NCBI GenBank assembly: GCA_964016885.1
Contig: OZ024758.1
Location: 36,828,001 to 36,892,000 of the forward strand
Length of the DNA: 64,000 nt
Reading direction: 5' to 3'
From: Eledone cirrhosa
Taxonomy: Eukaryota
Below are positions 52,550 through 64,000 of the stretch, one piece after another (position 1 is the first letter of the stretch; the number at the start of each line of letters is the position of its first letter). The notes under the pieces are model-generated. The model had not been told where the DNA came from. It did not search any database and worked only from the letters and a program-made list of their open reading frames with translations. The position numbers and the translations under genes were made by a program.

Positions 52550-55500
52550 AGTCATGGTATTAGTTGTCAGAAGTAACTCCAATGTTGGTGAGAATTCATT
52601 TAAGTCATTGTACTAGCTGTCAGAAGTAACTCCAATGTTGGTGAGAATTCATTTAAGTTCATGGTATTAGCTGTCAGAAGGAACTCCACTGTTGGTGAGA
52701 ATTCATTTAAGTTCATGGTATTAGCTGTCAGAAGTAACTCCACTGTTGGTGAGAATTCATTTAAGTTCATGGTATTAGCTGTCAGAAGTAACTCCACTGT
52801 TGGTGAGAATTCATTTAAGTTCATGGTACTAGCTGTCAGAAGTAACTCCACTGTTGGTGAGAATTCATTTAAGTTCATGGTTCTAGCTGTCAGAATTAAC
52901 TCCACTGTTGGTGAGAATTCATTTAAGTTCATGGTACTAGCTGTCAGAAGTAACTCCAATGTTGGTAAGAATTCATTTAAGTTCATGATATTAGCTGTCA
53001 GAAGTAACTCCACTGTTGGTGAGAATTCATTTAAGTTCATGGTACTAGCTGTCAGAAGTAACTCCACTGTTGGTGAGAATTCATTTAAGTTTATGGTACT
53101 AGCTGTCAGAAGTAACCCCAATGTTGGTGAGAATTCATTTAAGTTCATGGTATTAGCTGTCAGAAGTCACTCCAATGTTGGTGAGAATTCATTTAAGTTC
53201 ATGGTATTAGCTGTCAGAAGTCACTCCACTGTTGGTGAGAATTCATTTAAGTTCATGGTACTAGCTGTCAGAAGTAACCCCAATGTTGCTGAGAATTCAT
53301 TTAAGTTCATGGTATTAGCTGTCAGAAGTCACTCCAATGTTGGTGAGAATTCATTTAAGTTCATGGTATTAGCTGTCAGAAGTAACTCCACTGTTGGTGA
53401 GAATTCATTTAAGTTCATGGTATTAGCTGTCAGAAGTAACTCCACTGTTGGTGAGAATTCATTTAAGTTCATGGTATTAGCTGTCAGAAGTAACTCCACT
53501 GTTGGTGAGAATTCATTTAAGTTCATGGTACTAGTTGTCAGAAGTAACTCCACTGTTGGTGAGAATTCATTTAAGTTCATGGTACTAGCTGTCAGAAGTA
53601 ACTCCACTGTTGGTGAGAATTCATTTAAGTTCATGGTATTAGCTGTCAGAAGGAACGCCACTGTTGGTGAGAATTCATTTAAGTTCATGGTATTAGCTGT
53701 CAGAAGTAACTCCACTGTTGGTGAGAATTCATTTAAGTTCATGGTACTAGCTGTCAGAAGTAACTCCAATGTTGGTGAGAATTCATTTAAGTTCATGGTA
53801 TTAGCTGTCAGAAGGAACTCCACTGTTGGTGAGAATTCATTTAAGTTCATGGTATTAGCTGTCAGAAGTAACTCCACTGTTGGTGAGAATTCATTTAAGT
53901 TCATGGTATTAGCTGTCAGAAGTAACTCCACTGTTGGTGAGAATTCATTTAAGTCATGGTATTAGTTGTCAGAAGTAACTCCAATGTTGGTGAGAATTCA
54001 TTTAAGTTCATGGTACTAGCTGTCAGAAGTAACTCCACTGTTGGTGAGAATTCATTTAAGTTCATGGTATTAGCTGTCAGAAGTAACTCCACTGTTGGTG
54101 AGAATTCATTTAAGTCATGGTATTAGCTGTCAGAAGTAACTCCAATGTTGGTGAGAATTCATTTAAGTCTTGGTACTAGCTGTCAGAAGTAACTCCAATG
54201 TTGGTGAGAATTCAGTTAAGTTCATGGTATTAGCTGTCAGAAGGAACTCCACTGTTGGTGAGAATTCATTTAAGTTCATGGTATTAGCTGTCAGAAGTAA
54301 CTTCACTGTTGGTGAGAATTCATTTAAGTTCATGGTACTAGCTGTCAGAAGTAACTCCACTGTTGGTGAGAATTCATTTAAGTTCATGGTACTAGCCGTC
54401 AGAAGTAACTCCACTGTTGGTGAGAATTCAGTTAAGTTCATGGTATAAGTTGTCAGAAGTAACTCCACTGTTGGTGAGAATTCATTTAAATCATGGTATT
54501 AGTTGTCAGAAGTAACTCCAATGTTGGTGAGAATTCATTTAAGTTCATGGTACTAGCTGTCAGAAGTAACTCCACTGTTGGTGAGAATTCATTTAAGTTC
54601 ATGGTATTAGCTGTCAGAAGGAACTCCACTGTTGGTGGGAATTCATTTAAGTTCATGGTATTAGCTGTGAGAAGTCACTCCACTGTTGGTGAGAATTCAT
54701 TTAAGTTCATGGTATTAGCTGTCAGAAGGAACGCCACTGTTGGTGAGAATTCATTTAAGTTCATGGTATTAGCTGTCAGAAGTAACTCCACTGTTGGTGA
54801 GAATTCATTTAAGTTCATGGTACTAGCTGTCAGAAGTAACTCCAATGTTGGTGAGAATTCATTTAAGTTCATGGTATTAGCTGTCAGAAGGAACTCCACT
54901 GTTGGTGAGAATTCATTTAAGTCATGGTATTAGTTGTCAGAAGTAACTCCAATGTTGGTGAGAATTCATTTAAGTCATGGTACTAGCTGTCAGAAGTAAC
55001 TCCAATGTTGGTGAGAATTCATTTAAGTTCATGGTATTAGCTGTCAGAAGGAACTCCACTGTTGGTGAGAATTCATTTAAGTTCATGGTATTAGCTGTCA
55101 GAAGTAACTCCACTGTTGGTGAGAATTCATTTAAGTTCATGGTATTAGCTGTCAGAAGTAACTCCACTGTTGGTGAGAATTCATTTAAGTTCATGGTACT
55201 AGCTGTCAGAAGTAACTCCACTGTTGGTGAGAATTCATTTAAGTTCATGGTTCTAGCTGTCAGAATTAACTCCACTGTTGGTGAGAATTCATTTAAGTTC
55301 ATGGTACTAGCTGTCAGAAGTAACTCCAATGTTGGTAAGAATTCATTTAAGTTCATGATATTAGCTGTCAGAAGTAACTCCACTGTTGGTGAGAATTCAT
55401 TTAAGTTCATGGTACTAGCTGTCAGAAGTAACTCCACTGTTGGTGAGAATTCATTTAAGTTTATGGTACTAGCTGTCAGAAGTAACCCCAATGTTGGTGA

Positions 55501-57280
55501 GAATTCATTTAAGTTCATGGTATTAGCTGTCAGAAGTCACTCCAATGTTGGTGAGAATTCATTTAAGTTCATGGTATTAGCTGTCAGAAGTCACTCCACT
55601 GTTGGTGAGAATTCATTTAAGTTCATGGTACTAGCTGTCAGAAGTAACCCCAATGTTGCTGAGAATTCATTTAAGTTCATGGTATTAGCTGTCAGAAGTC
55701 ACTCCAATGTTGGTGAGAATTCATTTAAGTTCATGGTATTAGCTGTCAGAAGTAACTCCACTGTTGGTGAGAATTCATTTAAGTTCATGGTATTAGCTGT
55801 CAGAAGTAACTCCACTGTTGGTGAGAATTCATTTAAGTTCATGGTATTAGCTGTCAGAAGTAACTCCACTGTTGGTGAGAATTCATTTAAGTTCATGGTA
55901 CTAGTTGTCAGAAGTAACTCCACTGTTGGTGAGAATTCATTTAAGTTCATGGTACTAGCTGTCAGAAGTAACTCCACTGTTGGTGAGAATTCATTTAAGT
56001 TCATGGTATTAGCTGTCAGAAGGAACGCCACTGTTGGTGAGAATTCATTTAAGTTCATGGTATTAGCTGTCAGAAGTAACTCCACTGTTGGTGAGAATTC
56101 ATTTAAGTTCATGGTACTAGCTGTCAGAAGTAACTCCAATGTTGGTGAGAATTCATTTAAGTTCATGGTATTAGCTGTCAGAAGGAACTCCACTGTTGGT
56201 GAGAATTCATTTAAGTTCATGGTATTAGCTGTCAGAAGTAACTCCACTGTTGGTGAGAATTCATTTAAGTTCATGGTATTAGCTGTCAGAAGTAACTCCA
56301 CTGTTGGTGAGAATTCATTTAAGTCATGGTATTAGTTGTCAGAAGTAACTCCAATGTTGGTGAGAATTCATTTAAGTTCATGGTACTAGCTGTCAGAAGT
56401 AACTCCACTGTTGGTGAGAATTCATTTAAGTTCATGGTATTAGCTGTCAGAAGTAACTCCACTGTTGGTGAGAATTCATTTAAGTCATGGTATTAGCTGT
56501 CAGAAGTAACTCCAATGTTGGTGAGAATTCATTTAAGTCTTGGTACTAGCTGTCAGAAGTAACTCCAATGTTGGTGAGAATTCAGTTAAGTTCATGGTAT
56601 TAGCTGTCAGAAGGAACTCCACTGTTGGTGAGAATTCATTTAAGTTCATGGTATTAGCTGTCAGAAGTAACTTCACTGTTGGTGAGAATTCATTTAAGTT
56701 CATGGTACTAGCTGTCAGAAGTAACTCCACTGTTGGTGAGAATTCATTTAAGTTCATGGTACTAGCCGTCAGAAGTAACTCCACTGTTGGTGAGAATTCA
56801 GTTAAGTTCATGGTATTAGTTGTCAGAAGTAACTCCACTGTTGGTGAGAATTCATTTAAATCATGGTATTAGTTGTCAGAAGTAACTCCAATGTTGGTGA
56901 GAATTCATTTAAGTTCATGGTACTAGCTGTCAGAAGTAACTCCACTGTTGGTGAGAATTCATTTAAGTTCATGGTATTAGCTGTCAGAAGGAACTCCACT
57001 GTTGGTGGGAATTCATTTAAGTTCATGGTATTAGCTGTGAGAAGTCACTCCACTGTTGGTGAGAATTCATTTAAGTTCATGGTATTAGCTGTCAGAAGGA
57101 ACGCCACTGTTGGTGAGAATTCATTTAAGTTCATGGTATTAGCTGTCAGAAGTAACTCCACTGTTGGTGAGAATTCATTTAAGTTCATGGTACTAGCTGT
57201 CAGAAGTAACTCCAATGTTGGTGAGAATTCATTTAAGTTCATGGTATTAGCTGTCAGAAGGAACTCCACTGTTGGTGAGA
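52550..57280. repeat. Higher-order tandem duplication, 2370-bp period (~44 monomers)
   Basis: ORFs 52600/54970, 53329/55699, 54170/56540 and 54493/56863 are offset by 2370. GGTGGGAA and AACTTCAC are shared. Confidence 0.87.
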
Positions 57281-60159
57281 ATTCATTTAAGTTCATGGTA
57301 TTAGCTGTCAGAAGTAACTCCACTGTTGGTGAGAATTCATTTAAGTTCATGGTACTAGTTGTCAGAAGTAACTCCACTGTTGGTGAGAATTCATTTAAGT
57401 TCATGGTATTAGTTGTCAGAAGGAACACCACTGTTGGTGAGAATTCATTTAAGTCATGGTATTAGTTGTCAGAAGTAACTCCAATGTTGGTGAGAATTCA
57501 TTTAAGTTCATGGTACTAGCTGTCAGAAGTAACTCCACTGTTGGTGAGAATTCATTTAAGTCATGGTATTAGCTGTCAGAAGTAACTCCATTGTTGGTGA
57601 GAATTCATTTAAGTCATGGTACTAGCTGTCAGAAGTAACTCCACTGTTGGTGAGAATTCATTTAAGTTCATGGTATTAGCTGTCAGAAGGAACTCCACTG
57701 TTGGTGAGAATTCATTTAAGTTCATGGTACTAGCTGTCAGAAGTAACTCCACTGTTGGTGAGAATTCATTTAAGTTCATGGTATTAGTTTGTCAGAAGTA
57801 ACTCCACTGTTGGTGAGAATTCATTTAAGTCATGGTATTAGTTGTCAGAAGTAACTCCAATGTTGGTGAGAATTCATTTAAGTCATGGTACTAGCTGTCA
57901 GAAGTAACTCCAATGTTGGTGAGAATTCATTTAAGTTCATGGTATTAGCTGTCAGAAGTAACTCCACTGTTGGTGAGAATTCATTTAAGTTCATGGTATT
58001 AGCTGTCAGAAGTAACTCCACTGTTGGTGAGAATTCATTTAAGTTCATGGTACTAGCTGTCAGAAGTAACTCCACTGTTGGTGAGAATTCATTTAAGTTC
58101 ATGGTTCTAGCTGTCAGAATTAACTCCACTGTTGGTGAGAATTCATTTAAGTTCATGGTACTAGCTGTCAGAAGTAACTCCAATGTTGGTAAGAATTCAT
58201 TTAAGTTCATGATATTAGCTGTCAGAAGTAACTCCACTGTTGGTGAGAATTCATTTAAGTTCATGGTACTAGCTGTCAGAAGTAACTCCACTGTTGGTGA
58301 GAATTCATTTAAGTTTATGGTACTAGCTGTCAGAAGTAACCCCAATGTTGGTGAGAATTCATTTAAGTTCATGGTATTAGCTGTCAGAAGTCACTCCAAT
58401 GTTGGTGAGAATTCATTTAAGTTCATGGTATTAGCTGTCAGAAGTAACTCCACTGTTGGTGAGAATTCATTTAAGTTCATGGTATTAGCTGTCAGAAGGA
58501 ACTCCAATGTTGGTGAGAATTCATTTAAGTTCATGGTATTAGCTGTCAGAAGTAACTCCACTGTTGGTGAGAATTCATTTAAGTTCATGGTATTAGCTGT
58601 CAGAAGTAACTCCACTGTTGGTGAGAATTCATTTAAGTTCATGGTATTAGCTGTCAGAAGTAACTCCACTGTTGGTGAGAATTCATTTAAGTTCATGGTA
58701 CTAGTTGTCAGAAGTAACTCCACTGTTGGTGAGAATTCATTTAAGTTCATGGTACTAGCTGTCAGAAGTAACTCCACTGTTGGTGAGAATTCATTTAAGT
58801 TCATGGTATTAGCTGTCAGAAGGAACGCCACTGTTGGTGAGAATTCATTTAAGTTCATGGTATTAGCTGTCAGAAGTAACTCCACTGTTGGTGAGAATTC
58901 ATTTAAGTTCATGGTACTAGCTGTCAGAAGTAACTCCAATGTTGGTGAGAATTCATTTAAGTTCATGGTATTAGCTGTCAGAAGGAACTCCACTGTTGGT
59001 GAGAATTCATTTAAGTTCATGGTATTAGCTGTCAGAAGTAACTCCACTGTTGGTGAGAATTCATTTAAGTTCATGGTATTAGCTGTCAGAAGTAACTCCA
59101 CTGTTGGTGAGAATTCATTTAAGTCATGGTATTAGTTGTCAGAAGTAACTCCAATGTTGGTGAGAATTCATTTAAGTTCATGGTATTAGCTGTCAGAAGT
59201 AACTTCACTGTTGGTGAGAATTCATTTAAGTTCATGGTACTAGCTGTCAGAAGTAACTCCACTGTTGGTGAGAATTCATTTAAGTTCATGGTACTAGCCG
59301 TCAGAAGTAACTCCACTGTTGGTGAGAATTCAGTTAAGTTCATGGTATTAGTTGTCAGAAGTAACTCCACTGTTGGTGAGAATTCATTTAAATCATGGTA
59401 TTAGTTGTCAGAAGTAACTCCAATGTTGGTGAGAATTCATTTAAGTTCATGGTACTAGCTGTCAGAAGTAACTCCACTGTTGGTGAGAATTCATTTAAGT
59501 TCATGGTATTAGCTGTCAGAAGGAACTCCACTGTTGGTGGGAATTCATTTAAGTTCATGGTATTAGCTGTGAGAAGTCACTCCACTGTTGGTGAGAATTC
59601 ATTTAAGTTCATGGTATTAGCTGTCAGAAGGAACGCCACTGTTGGTGAGAATTCATTTAAGTTCATGGTATTAGCTGTCAGAAGTAACTCCACTGTTGGT
59701 GAGAATTCATTTAAGTTCATGGTACTAGCTGTCAGAAGTAACTCCAATGTTGGTGAGAATTCATTTAAGTTCATGGTATTAGCTGTCAGAAGGAACTCCA
59801 CTGTTGGTGAGAATTCATTTAAGTTCATGGTATTAGCTGTCAGAAGTAACTCCACTGTTGGTGAGTATTCATTTAAGTTCATGGTACTAGTTGTCAGAAG
59901 TAACTCCACTGTTGGTGAGAATTCATTTAAGTTCATGGTATTAGTTGTCAGAAGGAACTCCACTGTTGGTGAGAATTCATTTAAGTCATGGTATTAGTTG
60001 TCAGAAGTAACTCCAATGTTGGTGAGAATTCATTTAAGTTCATGGTATTAGCTGTCAGAAGTAACTCCACTGTTGGTGAGAATTCATTTATGTTCATGGT
60101 ATTAGCTGTCAGAAGTAACTCCACTGTTGGTGAGAATTCATTTAAGTTCATGGTATTAC

Positions 60160-63100
60160 CTGTCAGAAGGAACTCCAATGTTGGTGAGAATTCATTTAAG
60201 TCTTGGTACTAGCTGTCAGAAGTAACTCCAATGTTGGTGAGAATTCAGTTAAGTTCATGGTATTAGCTGTCAGAAGGAACTCCACTGTTGGTGAGAATTC
60301 ATTTAAGTTCATGGTATTAGCTGTCAGAAGTAACTTCACTGTTGGTGAGAATTCATTTAAGTTCATGGTACTAGCTGTCAGAAGTAACTCCACTGTTGGT
60401 GAGAATTCATTTAAGTTCATGGTATTAGCTGTCAGAAGTAACTCCACTGTTGGTGAGAATTCATTTATGTTCATGGTATTAGCTGTCAGAAGTAACTCCA
60501 CTGTTGGTGAGAATTCATTTAAGTTCATGGTATTACCTGTCAGAAGGAACTCCAATGTTGGTGAGAATTCATTTAAGTCATGGTACTAGCTGTCAGAAGT
60601 AACTCCACTGTTGGTGAGAATTCATTTAAGTTCATGGTACTAGCTGTCAGAAGTAACTCCAATGTTGGTGAGAATTCATTTAAGTTCATGGTATTAGCTG
60701 TCAGAAGGAACTCCACTGTTGGTGAGAATTCATTTAAGTCTTGGTATTAGTTGTCAGAAGTAACTCCAATGTTGGTGAGAATTCATTTAAGTTCATGGTA
60801 CTAGCTGTCAGAAGTAACTCCACTGTTGGTGAGAATTCATTTAAGTTCATGGTACTAGCCGTCAGAAGTAACTCCCCTGTTGGTGAGAATTCAGTTAAGT
60901 TCATGGTATTAGTTGTCAGAAGTAACTCCACTGTTGGTGAGAATTCATTTAAATCATGGTATTAGTTGTCAGAAGTAACTCCAATGTTGGTGAGAATTCA
61001 TTTAAGTTCATGGTACTAGCTGTCAGAAGTAACTCCACTGTTGGTGAGAATTCATTTAAGTCATGGTATTAGCTGTCAGAAGTAACTCCACTGTTGGTGA
61101 GAATTCATTTAAGTCATGGTATTAGCTGTCAGAAGTAACTCCATTGTTGGTGAGAATTCATTTAAGTCATGGTACTAGCTGTCAGAAGGAACGCCACTGT
61201 TGGTGAGAATTCATTTAAGTTCATGGTATTAGCTGTCAGAAGTAACTCCACTGTTGGTGAGAATTCATTTAAGTTCATGGTACTAGCTGTCAGAAGTAAC
61301 TCCAATGTTGGTGAGAATTCATTTAAGTTCATGGTATTAGCTGTCAGAAGGAACTCCACTGTTGGTGAGAATTCATTTAAGTTCATGGTATTAGCTGTCA
61401 GAAGTAACTCCACTGTTGGTGAGAATTCATTTAAGTTCATGGTATTAGCTGTCAGAAGTAATTCCACTGTTGGTGAGAATTCATTTAAGTCATGGTATTA
61501 GTTGTCAGAAGTAACTCCAATGTTGGTGAGAATTCATTTAAGTTCATGGTACTAGCTGTCAGAAGTAACTCCACTGTTGGTGAGAATTCATTTAAGTTCA
61601 TGGTATTAGCTGTCAGAAGTAACTCCACTGTTGGTGAGAATTCATTTAAGTCATGGTATTAGCTGTCAGAAGTAACTCCAATGTTGGTGAGAATTCATTT
61701 AAGTCTTGGTACTAGCTGCCAGAAGTAACTCCAATGTTGGTGAGAATTCAGTTAAGTTCATGGTATTAGCTGTCAGAAGGAACTCCACTGTTGGTGAGAA
61801 TTCATTTAAGTTCATGGTATTAGCTGTCAGAAGTAACTTCACTGTTGGTGAGAATTCATTTAAGTTCATGGTACTAGCTGTCAGAAGTAACTCCACTGTT
61901 GGTGAGAATTCATTTAAGTTCATGGTATTAGCTGTCAGAAGTAACTCCACTGTTGGTGAGAATTCATTTATGTTCATGGTATTAGCTGTCAGAAGTAACT
62001 CCACTGTTGGTGAGAATTCATTTAAGTTCATGGTATTACCTGTCAGAAGGAACTCCAATGTTGGTGAGAATTCATTTAAGTCATGGTACTAGCTGTCAGA
62101 AGTAACTCCACTGTTGGTGAGAATTCATTTAAGTTCATGGTATTAGCTGTCAGAAGGAACGCCACTGTTGGTGAGAATTCATTTAAGTTCATGGTATTAG
62201 CTGTCAGAAGTAACTCCACTGTTGGTGAGAATTCATTTAAGTTCATGGTACTAGCTGTCAGAAGTAACTCCAATGTTGGTGAGAATTCATTTAAGTTCAT
62301 GGTATTAGCTGTCAGAAGGAACTCCACTGTTGGTGAGAATTCATTTAAGTCTTGGTATTAGTTGTCAGAAGTAACTCCAATGTTGGTGAGAATTCATTTA
62401 AGTTCATGGTACTAGCTGTCAGAAGTAACTCCACTGTTGGTGAGAATTCATTTAAGTTCATGGTACTAGCCGTCAGAAGTAACTCCCCTGTTGGTGAGAA
62501 TTCAGTTAAGTTCATGGTATTAGTTGTCAGAAGTAACTCCACTGTTGGTGAGAATTCATTTAAATCATGGTATTAGTTGTCAGAAGTAACTCCAATGTTG
62601 GTGAGAATTCATTTAAGTTCATGATACTAGCTGTCAGAAGTAACTCCACTGTTGGTGAGAATTCATTTAAGTCATGGTATTAGCTGTCAGAAGTAACTCC
62701 ACTGTTGGTGAGAATTCATTTAAGTCATGGTATTAGCTGTCAGAAGTAACTCCATTGTTGGTGAGAATTCATTTAAGTCATGGTACTAGCTGTCAGAAGT
62801 AACTCCACTGTTGGTGAGAATTCATTTAAGTTCATGGTATTAGCTGTCAGAAGGAACTCCACTGTTGGTGAGAATTCATTTAAGTTCATGGTACTAGCTG
62901 TCAGAAGTAACTCCACTGTTGGTGAGAATTCATTTAAGTTCATGGTATTAGTTTGTCAGAAGTAATTCCACTGTTGGTGAGAATTCATTTAAGTCATGGT
63001 ATTAGTTGTCAGAAGTAACTCCAATGTTGGTGAGAATTCATTTAAGTCATGGTACTAGCTGTCAGAAGTAACTCCAATGTTGGTGAGAATTCATTTAAGT

Positions 63101-64000
63101 TCATGGTATTAGCTGTCAGAAGGAACTCCACTGTTGGTGAGAATTCATTTAAGTTCATGGTATTAGCTGTCAGAAGTAACTCCACTGTTGGTGAGAATTC
63201 ATTTAAGTTCATGGTATTAGCTGTCAGAAGTAACTCCACTGTTGGTGAGAATTCATTTAAGTTCATGGTACTAGCTGTCAGAAGTAACTCCACTGTTGGT
63301 GAGAATTCATTTAAGTTCATGGTTCTAGCTGTCAGAATTAACTCCACTGTTGGTGAGAATTCATTTAAGTTCATGGTACTAGCTGTCAGAAGTAACTCCA
63401 ATGTTGGTAAGAATTCATTTAAGTTCATGATATTAGCTGTCAGAAGTAACTCCACTGTTGGTGAGAATTCATTTAAGTTCATGGTACTAGCTGTCAGAAG
63501 TAACTCCACTGTTGGTGAGAATTCATTTAAGTTTATGGTACTAGCTGTCAGAAGTAACCCCAATGTTGGTGAGAATTCATTTAAGTTCATGGTATTAGCT
63601 GTCAGAAGTCACTCCAATGTTGGTGAGAATTCATTTAAGTTCATGGTATTAGCTGTCAGAAGTCACTCCACTGTTGGTGAGAATTCATTTAAGTTCATGG
63701 TACTAGCTGTCAGAAGTAACCCCAATGTTGCTGAGAATTCATTTAAGTTCATGGTATTAGCTGTCAGAAGTCACTCCAATGTTGGTGAGAATTCATTTAA
63801 GTTCATGGTATTAGCTGTCAGAAGTAACTCCACTGTTGGTGAGAATTCATTTAAGTTCATGGTATTAGCTGTCAGAAGTAACTCCACTGTTGGTGAGAAT
63901 TCATTTAAGTTCATGGTATTAGCTGTCAGAAGTAACTCCACTGTTGGTGAGAATTCATTTAAGTTCATGGTACTAGTTGTCAGAAGTAACTCCACTGTTG
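60160..64000. repeat. Copy of block ~49720-53558 (offset 10442), continuing beyond the window end
   Basis: ORFs 49761/60203, 50299/60741, 50727/61169, 51264/61706, 51641/62083, 51910/62352, 52338/62780, 52600/63042 and 53329/63771 are all offset by 10442. Private variants GTAATTCC (51016/61458) and GCTGCCAG are shared. Confidence 0.9.

Larger units (their letters stand above)
1..64000. repeat. 54-bp tandem satellite DNA array (~1,190 monomers, single orientation, runs off both window ends)
   Basis: Monomer GAGAATTCATTTAAGTTCATGGTA(T/C)TAG(C/T)TGTCAGAAG(T/G)AACTCCA(C/A)TGTTGGT repeats without interruption on every line. Most copies differ from the consensus by 0-3 positions. Length variants are 53 bp (AAGTCATG, AAATCATG, AATTCATG) and 55 bp (TAGTTTGTC, GAAGTTTACT). 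Confidence 0.99.

Noticed and set aside
334-63995. All ORF-track entries as protein-coding genes (18-aa repeat proteins on both strands)
   Set aside because: They have no unique N- or C-terminal sequence and no recognisable domain. Starts and ends are set mostly by recurrent 53- and 55-bp monomers, and the ORFs overlap on both strands. This is what a 54-bp repeat lacking a stop in one frame per strand produces.
1-64000. CRISPR array
   Set aside because: There are no unique spacers, since the whole 54-bp unit is conserved. No leader or cas genes are present.
1-64000. Telomeric repeat, tRNA, 5S or spliced-leader tandem array, or CENP-B box
   Set aside because: There is no TTAGGG-like G-rich unit, the monomer is too short and has no recognisable RNA gene structure, and the CENP-B box requires CpGs that the consensus lacks.
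1-64000. Purely artefactual concatemer (rolling-circle or assembly loop)
   Set aside because: Hierarchically shared variants, domain-specific variants and private differences between block copies indicate real evolutionary history. Copy numbers of individual blocks still need read validation.

Overview
The entire 64 kb window is one uninterrupted head-to-tail tandem array of a 54-bp monomer, roughly 1,190 copies (64000/~53.8). The consensus is GAGAATTCATTTAAGTTCATGGTATTAGCTGTCAGAAGTAACTCCACTGTTGGT: 37% GC, no CpG, one EcoRI site per unit. I saw no unique sequence, inversion, transposon insertion, RNA gene or credible protein-coding gene. All listed ORFs are by-products of a 54-bp (18-codon) unit that lacks a stop codon in one frame on each strand, and recurrent 53-bp and 55-bp monomers break them. 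It looks like eukaryotic satellite DNA (heterochromatic, possibly centromeric or subtelomeric), but I cannot name the family or organism. The real structure lies in the pattern of monomer variants. These define nested, irregular higher-order duplications (161, 432, 645, 1503, 1562, 1668, 2370, 2476, 2532, 2691, 2745, ~7600, 8233 and 10442 bp offsets) and three variant domains (about 1-12 kb, 13-33 kb and 37-64 kb), with a left-like block recurring at 33-37 kb. Offsets come from ORF-track coordinates, and many were confirmed by eye with rare variants. Block boundaries are approximate.
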